Shown: positions 24,605 through 35,700 of the stretch, in pieces | How the letters are laid out: the number at the start of each line of letters is the position of its first letter | Position numbering within the stretch: position 1 is the first letter of the stretch | Assembly: GCF_004010195.1 (NCBI RefSeq) | Contig: NC_057719.1 | Location: 75,017,106-75,072,429 of the forward strand | Length of the DNA stretch: 55,324 bases | DNA from: Chiloscyllium plagiosum | Lineage: Eukaryota | Reading direction: 5' to 3' | The notes under the pieces: model-generated | What the model was told of the DNA's origin: nothing | Seen by the model: only the letters and a program-made list of their open reading frames with translations | Databases searched by the model: none | Made by a program: the position numbers and the translations under genes

Positions 24605-25160
24605 ATTGTACAAAGGGATCTGGGAGTGCTAGTCGAGGATTCTGTAAAGGTAAACATGCAGGTTGAGTCCGTGATTAAGAAAGCGAATGCAATGTTGTCA
24701 TTTATCTCAAGAGGGTTGGAATATAAAAGCACCGTTGTGCTACTGAGACTTTATAAAGCTCTGGTTAGGCCCCATTTGGAGTACTGTGTCCAGTTTTGGT
24801 CCCCACACCTCAGGAAGGACATACTGGCACTGGCGTTAGGTGAGGAGACTAGGACCCGTGGACACAGCCTTAGAATTAGATGGGGTAAATTCAGAACAGA
24901 AAGGCGGAGACATTTCTTCAGCCAGAGAGTGGTTGGCCTGTGGAAGTCATTGCCGCGGAGTGCAGTGGAGGCCGGGACACTAAATGTCTTCAAGGCAGAG
25001 ATTGATAAATTCTTGATGTCACAAGAAATTAAGGGTTACGGGGAGAATGCGAGTAAGTGGAGTTGAAATGCCCATCAGCCATGATTGAATGGCGGAGCGG
25101 ACTTGATGGGCCGAATGGCCTTACTTCCACCCCTATGTATTATGGTCTTATGGTCTTATT
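24605..25160 (+). mobile_element. CR1 LINE 3' fragment with internal deletion
   Basis: ORF 24626-25066: KKANAMLSFISRGLEYKS..LYKALVRPHLEYCVQFWSP..RTRGHSLRI..FFSQRVVGLW. Confidence 0.92.
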
Positions 25161-25819
25161 GTTTGAAGACACTCATGCTGAGGGTTGTGTCTGTGTGGGA
25201 GTGGGGTGGGTGGGTAGAGGAGCGAGGTAAGACAATCACTTCCTTCATTTCAGGAAAGTCTGTTCAGTACAGGAATGTCTTTTGGATGATCTCAGGATGT
25301 GAACAGTTTGACACCTCTTGTTGTAGAATGAATCGCTTTGTCTATTGTGGGGCAGTCTGGGTGTTTTTGAATGCTCAGATCAGGTCAGATGATCCTTAGC
25401 AGCTGTCTTTTGCAACGCACATTGTCAAAGATCAGTTCCAAATGATGCCACACTGAATTAAGTTCATGTTTTGAAAGTTATGAATTTTACATACTTCTCC
25501 TAAGCATGATAGTGCCAAATTATGAAAAAAAAATTGTGTAAATTCTCTCACACTGAAAATTGTATAGAAACTGCCAATGTTTTCATGTAATCTTTAAAGT
25601 GTGATCATGAAGAGGAAACTTTCATCTTTGGTTAGCATATCAAATGGAGGCTCCAGAAACGAATGAACGTTGTCGTGACCCAACCCAGTGCCTTTAGTTT
25701 GAAGATCTGAGCAGGCTTTCAAAATCTTTTATCTTTTATGGACTTTTCTTGTTCTGTTGTAGTATTTGGATCCAATTTAAAACAAGACTGTGTTTCAAGG
25801 TTGTAGTTATGGTAGAAGA

Positions 25820-25961
25820 GGAGAAAGTGTGGACTGCAGATGCTGGAGATCAGACATTCCTGAAGAACATTCCTGAAGAAGGGCTCATGCCCGAAACGTC
25901 GATTCTCCTGCTCCTTGGATGCTGCCTGACCTGCTGCGCTTTTCCAGCAACACATTTTCAG
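25820..25961. mobile_element. PLE family A insertion with short inverted 5' piece, 13-15 bp TSD
   Basis: AGTTATGGTAGAAGA at 25805-25819 and 25960-25974. Tandem acattcctgaaga at the inversion junction. Confidence 0.88.
25869..25904 (+). ncRNA. Minimal hammerhead ribozyme motif (family A), core intact
   Basis: attc-CTGAAGA(25873-79)-A-GGGC-tcat-GCCC-GAAA-CGTC(25897-25900)-gatt. Identical to 14181-14216. Confidence 0.78.
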
Positions 25962-26040
25962 TTATGGTAGAAGAATACAGTATGTGGATAGCTGGTGCAA
26001 CGTCATGCTCATGAATGTTTGTTCATGATTTGAATTCTCT

Positions 26041-26365
26041 GCACTGCTGCCTCACGGCGCCAGGGATCCGGGTTCGATTCCAGACTCGGGCAACTGTCTG
26101 TGTGGAGTTTACACATTCTCTCTGTGTCTGCATGGTTTTCCTCTGGGTGCTCCGGTTTCCTCCCAGAGTCCAAAGATGTCCAGGTACGGTGGATTGGCTG
26201 TGCTAAATTGTCCATAGAGTCCAGGGATATGCAAGCTAGGTGGGTTAGCCCGAGGAAACGCAGGGATAGGGTAGGGGAATGAGTGTGTGTGCGATGATCT
26301 TTGGAGGGTCAGAGTGGACTCAATGAGCCAAATGGCCTGTTTCCATATTGGAGGAATTCTATGAC
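26041..26365 (+). mobile_element. V-SINE (HE1-like), 5' truncated
   Basis: gcactgctgcctcacggcgccagggatccgggttcgattcc followed by the V-domain. Confidence 0.85.
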
Positions 26366-26779
26366 AACTGTCCACTCTACATATTCCTTGGTTGCTGAAG
26401 GAAACAGAACTCAAAACTTTGGGCATGTTCAGAGGGCTGGGGGATGGATTTGTGGTGGGATCTGGACTGGTCAGATTTTTGCAGCCGATATTTAGTTTGT
26501 TCAAATTTTCACCACATGCTGGGGAGCATGGAGAGGAAAGAGGGGGGAGAAGAAGCCTTTTGTCCGCAGTCATGTCTGTGTGGATGTGCCAAAACGATGT
26601 TAGAGCAATGGTATAACTTCGAATTAGATGGTGAAACATGGAACTAGACCCAGATCTTTCAGTGTAACATTACCTCCCATCCACCAACACCGTGTCCTTC
26701 TGCTTTGTTGAAGACCATATAAAAGTTCCCCTTTCTACTCATTTGAAAACTTACATCAAATTAACTAATTAACTGAGGA

Positions 26780-26985
26780 GCTGAAAATGTGTTGCTGGAA
26801 AAGCGCAGCAGGTCAGGCAGCATCCAAAGAGCAGGAGAATCGACGTTTCGGGCATAAGCCTGAAGAAGGGCTTATGCCCGAAACGTCGATTCTCCTGTTC
26901 CTTGGGTGCTGCCTGACCTGCTGCGCTTTTCCAGCAACACATTTTCAGCTCTGAAGTCCAGCATCTGCAGTCCTCACTTTCTTCC
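26780..26985. mobile_element. PLE family A long fold-back insertion, 15-bp TSD
   Basis: CTAATTAACTGAGGA at 26765-26779 and 26986-27000. About 83-bp inverted arms, 26778-26860 / 26869-26951. Confidence 0.92.
26860..26891 (+). ncRNA. Minimal hammerhead core (family A) at the hairpin apex
   Basis: CTGAAGA-A-GGGC-ttat-GCCC-GAAA-CGTC-gatt. The 5' strand of helix I is replaced by the inverted arm. Confidence 0.7.
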
Positions 26986-27079
26986 CTAATTAACTGAGGA
27001 ACCAGGCATTAAAAGGAGCATTATAACTGGGAACACAATTTAAAGGAAGCTTGAGTTTAAATTAAGATTTTTTTAACAG

Positions 27080-27220
27080 CCTGGAAACAGACCCTTTGGT
27101 CCAACTAGTCCATGCTGACTGTAATTCCAAACTAAATTAGTTCCCCCTATCTGTACATGGCCCATGACCCGCCAAATGTTTCTTATTCATGTACTTATCC
27201 AAATGTTTTGTAAATGTTAT
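27080..27220 (-). mobile_element. CR1 3' tail fragment
   Basis: ggaaacagaccctttggtccaactagtccatgctgac. Confidence 0.75.
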
Positions 27221-27839
27221 AGGGGAAATAATGCACTCCAGCTCCTGCAGTGTCCATCAGTCATGGAAGACTCGAATTGGATAGTAGTAATGGGTGGATA
27301 ACATGTTCCCTAGTCCAGGGCGACCTGGACAGTGATGTAACCATGGAAGAGAGGAAACCATTTGGGTGTAATGATAACTTTTATGGCTCACTGCTTGGAC
27401 TTGTCAATGGTCACCTTGGCCAGGCTCAAGCCTCAGGCCCACATAGGGGTTCTCCAATTGCAAGTCTTTCTTTCCAAATGCTCAAAGTACGTAATCAATC
27501 AATACCCTTTGCCTGAATGCGACAATATGATTACACGCCACCAATCATAACACCAACTGTTTTACTTTCCTTGCCCTTGAGGCTTTTTTAAGCCAGCACA
27601 AAGCAGCTGCATGCTGGGAACATAGTCCAGATTTTCACACACCCCTGTGGGTTCATATGGCTCGGGGCACACACAGAACGTATCCTTGTTCTTGCTGTGA
27701 CCCGACCATCATGACTGTCAATCCAGTCACTCGGGTGCAGGACCAGAAACTGGAAAATATAACTTCCGTGGCTCAACGCCGATTGAAAGCAGGCAAGGTT
27801 CGAGTTAAAAATTCCATGGACCAGAATGTGCAATAGCAA

Positions 27840-27903
27840 CTGAGCTCATAGCCACTCAGGCAGCAGTCATTCTGAGCTCATAGCCACTCAGGCAGCAGTC
27901 ATT
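27840..27903. repeat. Perfect tandem duplication of 32 bp
   Basis: ctgagctcatagccactcaggcagcagtcatt x2. Confidence 0.95.
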
Positions 27904-29109
27904 CCTCTCTGACAACAGTCCCTAAAAGAAAAATTCATCTGTACAGAAATCATTAGCAGCAGACATAAATTGTTTCAACTAACATAAACACAATGCAATC
28001 ATTATTAGTTCAGTTGATTTAATACTTAGAGCACAAAGTGTCCCCACTAAAAGAAATTCATTAAAATCCGAAGATGTATTTAATATCGCAATTTATTGGT
28101 GGAATTAGGGCTGTAGATTTAGTAGTATGTTGTGTAGTTTTTGGCAAATGTCCATTCAGTTTTTGGCAACTTGTCTGTGCTAGATGGAACAGGCTCCACG
28201 GCGTTTAATAGCGTTTGATGAATAGCTGTTTTATGGTCATCAGTATTTCTTTAAGACTTACTCCATCCAGCCATGGAGCGAGAAATCTTATATCACTCTT
28301 ACTTGCCAAAGATTAGGATTGGGAAATGATAATTGCTCCAGACTGAATTCTGTGACCACATGAAAGGCCTTGTACATTCTGAAGCTTTGGAGCGATGCTT
28401 GCCTTATTCCTTATGGCACAGAAGTGGCTGTATCTCCAGTCAGTGTGGATTTGTTAGTGAGTAATTCAGAGCATTTTGTAAAAAAAACTTGTACTCTGTA
28501 CGTAAGGAACTTTGGTGCTCATTCCTCTCACCCTCCCCCCAACGTTTCTCATGATTTTTGCTGCAGCTGTATCTGCCGACTTGCATTTGGTGGGGATGTG
28601 CAGAATGTTTTGCCTTTGTTCCTCTGGGGATATCAAGCTAGTTGAGATGCATAATTTCCTTTGTGGGCCCCCATTTCAGCCAGCCCAGAAAGCCCGAAAT
28701 GTGCCTGTCCTATATCGTAGCCTATCTTTGTGAGCTGCTCGCATAAGCTGCAGTTGATGGCCAATCTCACGCTCAATTGGGAATAACACAACTCCCAGGA
28801 GGTTTTGTAATGTTGGCGTGAAACTCAATCTCTGCATTTCAGCAGAGATACACCATGATTTGTTTCCTGGTTTTGATTGGTACCATAAAAGTGCCTCTGT
28901 CAAGATCTTGAGTGATGCCTTGGAGGGTTTTTAAGTTGGCTTCATTTGATGTGACACCTTTAATAGAAATGAAATGAACCAGTTGCTTTTTTTTTCTGGG
29001 TTAGTGAACGATCTTGGCTGTTCTGTTCACTGCTCTAATCTAAAGCTCACCTTGCTTATTATTTCAGTAACGTTTAGAAATGGAACTGTTGCCCTTCAAC
29101 TGACCAACT

Positions 29110-29415
29110 TACAGAGGGAGTGCTTTCCTGTCAGTACTGCTTGACCAGACACTAAACTTTGGTGGATATAACTGTTCCATAATATTAGTTGGAAGAAGTA
29201 CAGAGGGGAGTACTCCTCTGCGACCTGGGCAATGTTTATCTTTCAACAAACATATTTAAAATAATGGATTATCTCATTGCAATTAAATTTCTATTTGTGG
29301 GATCTTACTGTGTGTATATTGGGTGCCATGTTCTCCAATAGTGACAACAGTTCAGCAGAATTTTCTTCATTGAAAAGTGTCTTGGGATATCCTGAGAAGC
29401 TATCTAAATGCAAGC
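29110..29415 (+). mobile_element. Deu-domain SINE-like relic (SacSINE1/AmnSINE1-like)
   Basis: ctgggcaatgtttatctttcaac..tttgtgggatcttactgtgtg..attgggtgcc..taaatgcaag. Related relics at about 30290-30480(-), 42950-43290(+), 50920-51240(-) and 54750-55100(+). Confidence 0.6.
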
Positions 29416-29859
29416 GCTACGTTTTATTCCCTTTATTTAGTTGACTGTTTTCAGGCTGCAAACTCCGATTGCTCCCTTCGGCAATCTGTTCTAAACAAAG
29501 CACATTCCAAATATAATTTTTCGATTGATCATTTATTTTCGATGGAGTGTTGGGTGATCGCTGCATTTGTATCATATTCAGTGAACTTTGGGAATTGAGT
29601 TCCAATTTATTTTGGAGTCAATAGATTGCAAGGGCAAGATTTTAACTCCCCTCAAAAGCCATCCACATGAGTAAAGTTTAAATCAGGCCCAAAATCTTCT
29701 CATTCAGCAAACTGACAAGAAATTGATTTACTTTGTCTTAAAACAGCTCGGGTTGGCCAGGATACCAGGTCTTGCTATTAATCATTTTCCACATCAGTGC
29801 TGATAGTTTGGTAATCTCAATGAGAGAGGTCACAAGACTGAGCGATGAGAAATGATCAG

Positions 29860-30057
29860 AGAATGAACTGCCAGGGAAAGTGGTGGAGGCAGGTACAGTT
29901 ACAACATGTAAAAGGTATTTGGACAGGTACATGAATAGGAAAGGTTTGGAGGAATATGAGCCAAATGCAGGCAAATGGGACTAGTTCAGTTTGGAAAACC
30001 TGGTCGGCATGGACAAGTTGGGCCAGAGGGTCTGTTTCAGTGGCGTATGACTCTATG
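29860..30057 (+). mobile_element. CR1 3' end
   Basis: gaatgaactgccagggaaagtggtggaggcaggtaca..gggtctgtttc. Confidence 0.85.
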
Positions 30058-31320
30058 CCTTTAAGTCCGTTGGTGTCCAGAGGTGCTAATGGATGGAATT
30101 CACACCAAAACAACAATGGCAAGAGAGGTTAGGTGAGATGTGGAAGTGCATGCTCCATGAGGAAGTCCTGTTGATTTTGGCGAAGTGGAGAGTTTTAGGA
30201 AGAGAGTTGCAATGTTTGAATGAAAGGCAGCTGAACACTCTCCCACTGAGATGGAGAAGAGGCAAGTCTTTACGTTTCACGCCTCATGATGTCTCAGGGT
30301 GCTCTACAGGCAATCGAGTATTTGATGAGGTGAGGGATTGTGGTAATGTTGGAGCCAAGTGAGCGGATTTGTGCACAGCAAGATCCCCACAAAGAGGAAC
30401 GTGACAAGGGGCAAATAATCTGGCTTTCTCCATGAAGCTGATTGAGGGATAAACATTGGCTGGGATGCTAAATCACCAGTTTGAGACGAATGAGGGAGAT
30501 AAGGTGAAGGAGGCAAAGAGGCAGAGCAGGAAGTACACATTAAGCTGCTGATATTTGGCCAGTTAAAGCCCTCAGCTGTTTGAACAGGTTGAGTGGGCCC
30601 CACAAAACCTCTTCCACTGTGTCATTGCCATGGCGCCCAGTTTTATGGCCTTTCCTTCTTGTCCACCCAATGGGAGTGGTAAGGGCTTCAGGGCACGCCT
30701 AAAATTCTAACCATAGCTCACTCACCCCTGGTAAATTGAGAAGTTCAATTAGACATGTAAAGTGACAGAACGTTACACAGTGAGCGGGTGATTGAAGTTC
30801 CAGGCCACGATGTGTTTCTGGCCCAAAAGAAAATGTGTAAACTCATCAGCCAGCTAGACTCCAGTGTTGCCCATCAATCAGATTCGCACCTAATCTCTCG
30901 TCATATTTGTCTAGCAATACTCTTGAGAATTGCTCCCAACTGTTAAAGCAAATATAATTGCAGAGTAATTACCTTGGTGTGGAAAAGAAAACAAAAGCAA
31001 TCTGTTGAGAAATGTCAAACTCACTACTCTGTGTCAGTCAGGTCTCAGAATGCTCAACATTTCAACCTTCACTCTTTATCCACTCTTCCGGTGTCAGTGA
31101 GGAGTGAGAATGGCCTCAGAAAAGTGCCCTTTGTTTCATTGTTTCATTAATGTTGATGATACAATCATCAGCCAATTTAAAGAATGTCTGAAGTCTCCTA
31201 TTTCAGACGGTATGTCTTTTCTAACGTGGAATTTGGGGTCCTATGTTGCAAATGGCTGCCCGATTACTGTTTCATGTTGGAGCTGACACTGTGCTAACTT
31301 GGATCAGCTCCACTGATACT

Positions 31321-31420
31321 GGAACCAAAACAGAACATGCTGGTAAAGCTCAGATGGTCTGGTAGCATCTGTGGTGAGAAGTCAGAGTTAACGTTTCAGT
31401 TCAAGTGATCCTTCCTCGGA
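31321..31420 (-). mobile_element. PLE family C fragment with degenerate hammerhead
   Basis: Minus strand cCGAGGA-aggatcacttgaact-GAAA-CGTT-aac. Confidence 0.6.
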
Positions 31421-32541
31421 GCACAGACACTGGAGCTGTATAGCAACACTGAATTATTTTGGGAATCAGTGATCCAAGCAGAAGTGACCCTTCCTGGGGC
31501 TTACAAAAAGCAATCTCGGCCCAGCACCCCTCTGGTTATCCCCAGATCCTGCAGTATATCATTGCTGATAGCAAGACGTGCTTGATATTCAGTCTGCAGA
31601 GAATTGTCTAATCGTTAGCCTGTTTGAGGTTAATGGATACTCAGTGTCACTCATGAAGGTTTCATTGGGCAATGGGTAGTGTCCCTACCTCTGATTCAGA
31701 AACTCTAGTTTGAGTCCCACTCTAGGACCCGATGGCCAAGGAAAGTTTTTTTATGTTATAACTTGGTTAACAGCTTGATTATCATCCCATCACACACTAT
31801 TGGCAGATAAAGATCCCTAGTCAGCCCTGTGATGGGCAGAATGTTGGAGATTCAACCATCAGTCAGTATCCATTGCTGCAGATGAAAATATCCACGTTAA
31901 AGTGTGTGTTGCCATGGCAGACCAGGCTCCCTGAGTGAACTGTAACATGTCACCATCACCGAAGTGAACCCTGGACAGAGACTCGTGATTTGAGAGCAAG
32001 AGCTTCTCCTATCACACCCAGGGCCAAGTCTCATAGCACTAACTGTTACAGCTGTTGCTGGAAGGTTTTAAAGATCCTGGAGTTTGGTCTTGGAACACCA
32101 GGCAGAGGTGAAGAATATTTACCAGGACATAGGTTGCTTTCAATTTATTACTTGAGTCTAGATCATTGAATTTATTGAAGTTTGAATTATGCAGATTCTT
32201 GATGGATAGGGGTCTCGATGCTCATTGGGAATGGCTGGGAAAGTAATGTTAAGGCCACAGTCTTAACAGTGCATCCATAACAATGTTGAATGAGCAGGCT
32301 TGGTTGGACACACAGGCAACTCTTGCTTGTATTTCTTACAATTTTATGAACTTAGAATGCTTTAATATCCACAGTGAAGGATTGTGCTAAATTAAAGCTG
32401 TAGAATTACAGATAGACACTGTGAGCTTTCTTCACTTTATTAAGAATATAATATCTGGTCAAAGGACCAATAGCAATGAACCATTGTATTCGTCCCAATT
32501 TCAACTCTTTCTCGGTATACCCCTATTCACACCCTGCTCAG

Positions 32542-32621
32542 TAAAACTGTAATGTGATTTTAAAACTGTAATGTGATTTTAAAACTGTAATGTGATTTTA
32601 AAACTGTAATGTGATTTTAAA
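32542..32621. repeat. Minisatellite, 19 bp x 4
   Basis: taaaactgtaatgtgattt repeated four times perfectly, plus a partial unit. Confidence 0.95.
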
Positions 32622-33232
32622 CCAAGAAGCTTCTGCTGTCCGTTATTGGTTCAACCCAATAGGATTACTAGTGTGAGAAGGTTAACTTTTGTGTAATTAA
32701 TTTACCCTCTTGAATTCAGCTTATGTTTGTCTTAAACATCGTAAGTGACTGCAAGTACTGCCAAAAGTCCGAGAAGTTCTGCTAAATCATTCAATGAAGC
32801 TTCAGTAGCCAAAGTTTGACATCAGTTTTGAAGTTATTAGAGATTACTTTTGCAAGCTGGACTATGAAAAATTGCAATGTATTTCTTGCCTGCAGTGAAA
32901 ATGGGAATTTAGAATTTGGAATTAGCTTTGTTGTCACATGTACTCAAATGAGGACAGTGAAAAGATTATAAGTTGCCACTTACAGCGCCATCTTGGGTGT
33001 TGTAGTACCTATGTAAAGCTTCTTCAGTTACAGATTAGTTACAGTGTAACAGTGTCACCAACACACGGCACCATCTTACATACAGAGTACCAAGGAACAA
33101 TCCTTACTTACAGAATAAAGGAGTGAAAAAAAAAGCCATAGGTCAGAAAAGCAAGAAGCAAAGTTAAAAAGACAAACATCACAGTCTCTCTGCATGAGCT
33201 CTCCATAACAGACTAATGTAAGACAGCACAGT

Positions 33233-33585
33233 GGGTGGCACAATGGCTCAGTGGTTAGCACTGCTGCCTCACATTGCCAGGGATCGGGGTTCAACCTCCC
33301 CTCGAGCGACTGTCTGTGTTGAGTTTGCACGTTCTCTCCGTGTCTGCGTGGGTTTCCTCCAGGTGCTCTGGTTTCCTCCCACAGTCCAGAAATGTGCAGG
33401 TTAAGTGAAGTGGACCTGCTAAGTTGCCCAAGGTGTTCAAGAATGTGTAGGTTCGGTGGATTAGCCACGGGAAATGCAGTTACAGGGAAAGGGTAACAGG
33501 GTGGTTTGCTTGGGAAACTATTTGGAGGGTCGATGTGGTCTCGATGGGCTGGATGGCTTGCTTCCATTGTAAAGGGACTCTAAGG
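33233..33585 (+). mobile_element. V-SINE (HE1-like)
   Basis: tggctcagtggttagcactgctgcctcac head and gagtttgcacgttctctccgtgtctgcgtgggtttcctcc domain. Confidence 0.88.
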
Positions 33586-34149
33586 GACTTCTGCATAGTC
33601 TGGCTGCCGTCTGCACAATACGAGCATATCAATGTGTTCCTATGATTTTCCTCAAACTACTACTCTAACACAGTGAATACCTGTCCATTACTAACATGTA
33701 GCTATCTCCAATGTGTTAAGCATTTTGTGAATCTGTACTTGCGCCGTGCACACTTCCTACGTTGTGATTTCGCTGTCATGTTATTTCCTTCCTGCTTGGG
33801 TTTTGCTCTTGAGCAGTTTTCTTAAAGCTGGGCAAGCAAACGTATGTTCATCACTCAGTCCTCTGGATGCTTGGTGCTGCCCTTGTGTTGTACTCTACAC
33901 CACTGTCCACTTCAGTGCAGCCTTACTGACCCTCCACAACCCCAACCTGTGGTCAGGGCTATTTATGCCTGCCTAGAATCTCCAAGCAGACCACTGGATC
34001 TGCCTGGATCCTATTGGCTATTGATTTTTTTCTCACCTATGACCTTCATTCGATCTTTCTCTCATTGACTACCCACTATATCTTGACAGCTTGGATCTGC
34101 TGGATCCCTCAGCCATGTCCACCACAATGACATCATGGTCAAGGTATGG

Positions 34150-34640
34150 AAATGCAGAGTTGGAAGAGCACAGGGAGTGAGAAAGAGGAGAGATAAGAGA
34201 ACCAGAAGTGCGGAGAGGGAGAGTAGCAGATGAGAAGACAAGCAGAAACTGAAAAAGAAGAGATCAGCACAAGGCATGGAAAGAAGCAAGAGAGACATTA
34301 AAGAGAGTGCGAGAGAAGAAAACTCAGCATGAAAGAGGGGGGATTCAGCAGAAACAAGCATGGATGTAGCATGAGAAAGGAATAGAAAGAGAATTCAGGC
34401 TGAGAGAGAGAGACGGAGAGAGAGAGAGTGAGTGAGTGAGAGAGAGAGAGAAGCATTAGTGAGCATGAGAACATAACAAGAGATAAAGACAGCAGCTATA
34501 TTGTAAAAACAGAGAGAGGCAGAACAGATGATGATAGAAAACCAAAAGTTTAAAACGAGAGAAATTGAAGAGAAAATGAAGAGGGAGACAGACAACAGAA
34601 AGTAAAAATAGCATTCTGTAGACAGCAGAGAAGGGGAAGA
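34150..34640. repeat. Purine-rich (GA) low-complexity tract including (GA)n at about 34402-34452
   Basis: Visible composition. Confidence 0.8.
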
Positions 34641-35399
34641 GATAGATTTTCTCTGGTTCAACATACACCACGTTAGATCTGTCATTATTATAATGAAAAT
34701 CTAACATCTGGCTTCTATTTATCACACACCAGGCGTTACCCTTCGTTGCTTTTGCAAATAACAGGAACAAAAAAAACAGTCATTTTCTGATGGACTCTTC
34801 TGAATTGGAGCCAAACATCTCAATTTATGATAGTTCTTTGTCCTTGGGATTTTATAAGCAGCAGCACTGAACTGAATTTGCTGCTTCAGCCCATTTTTCC
34901 ATAATGTCATTGCTGTGCATATTCGCTAACCTTCGGGAGAGTGCTGTTGTCTGAATGAGTCTGAGCAAAACTCCTGTAGGTGGGCATTGGGGAGAAACTT
35001 GGCGGAGGGTTTTCCTTTTGATCCCCATTTCTGCTCAGGCCCCTTGGTGCTAAAATTGGTCAAATATTGCCTTAGTGTCAATGGAAGGGTCTGTCACTCC
35101 ACGTCTGGAATTCAGCTCTTTCGTCCCAGTTTGAATCAAGGTTGTAATAAGGTCAGGATCTGAGTGGCATTGGTTAAATGAGCATGAGTGAGCAGGTTAC
35201 TGCTAATCAAATGCTGCTTGAGACATTGTTGATGGCACCTTCCATTACTTTGATGATTGAGTGAGTCTTTAAGGTAAAGAGCAGGAGCACTAGAGGGGAT
35301 TTTGAGGAAATCCCATTTTCACCTCGAGGTTGGTGGCTATCTGGAATTTACTGCCTAAAAGGGTGGTAGAGGCAGGAAGCCTCAAGACATTTAAAAATT

Positions 35400-35700
35400 G
35401 GGTAGCACAGTAGCTCGGTTGTTAGCACTGCTGCCTCACAGCGCTGGGGACCTGGGTTTGAATCCTCCCTTTGGGCAACAGTCTGTTGCACATTGTCCCC
35501 TTGTCTCTGTGTGTGTTTACTCTGGGTGCTCCAGTTTCCTCCAACAGTCCAAAGGTGCACAGGCTGGTTGGATTAGCCATGGGAAATGTGGGGTTATGGG
35601 ACATGGTAAGGGGCTAGGTCTGGGTGGGATGCTCTTTGGAGGGTTGGCATGGACTTAATGGGCAAAATAGCCTCCTTCTGTACTGTCGGGATTCTATGGT
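35400..35700 (+). mobile_element. V-SINE (HE1-like), diverged
   Basis: gttagcactgctgcctcacagcgctggggacctgggtttgaatcc. Confidence 0.82.

Noticed and set aside
23687..25066. CR1 ORFs as functional genes
   Set aside because: They are 5'-truncated ORF2 tails without a full RT or endonuclease.
761..26985. Recurring gctggaaaagc..ggcagcatcc repeats as a CRISPR-like array
   Set aside because: Dispersed, variable in orientation, flanked by TSDs and in a eukaryotic context. These are retroelement fragments.
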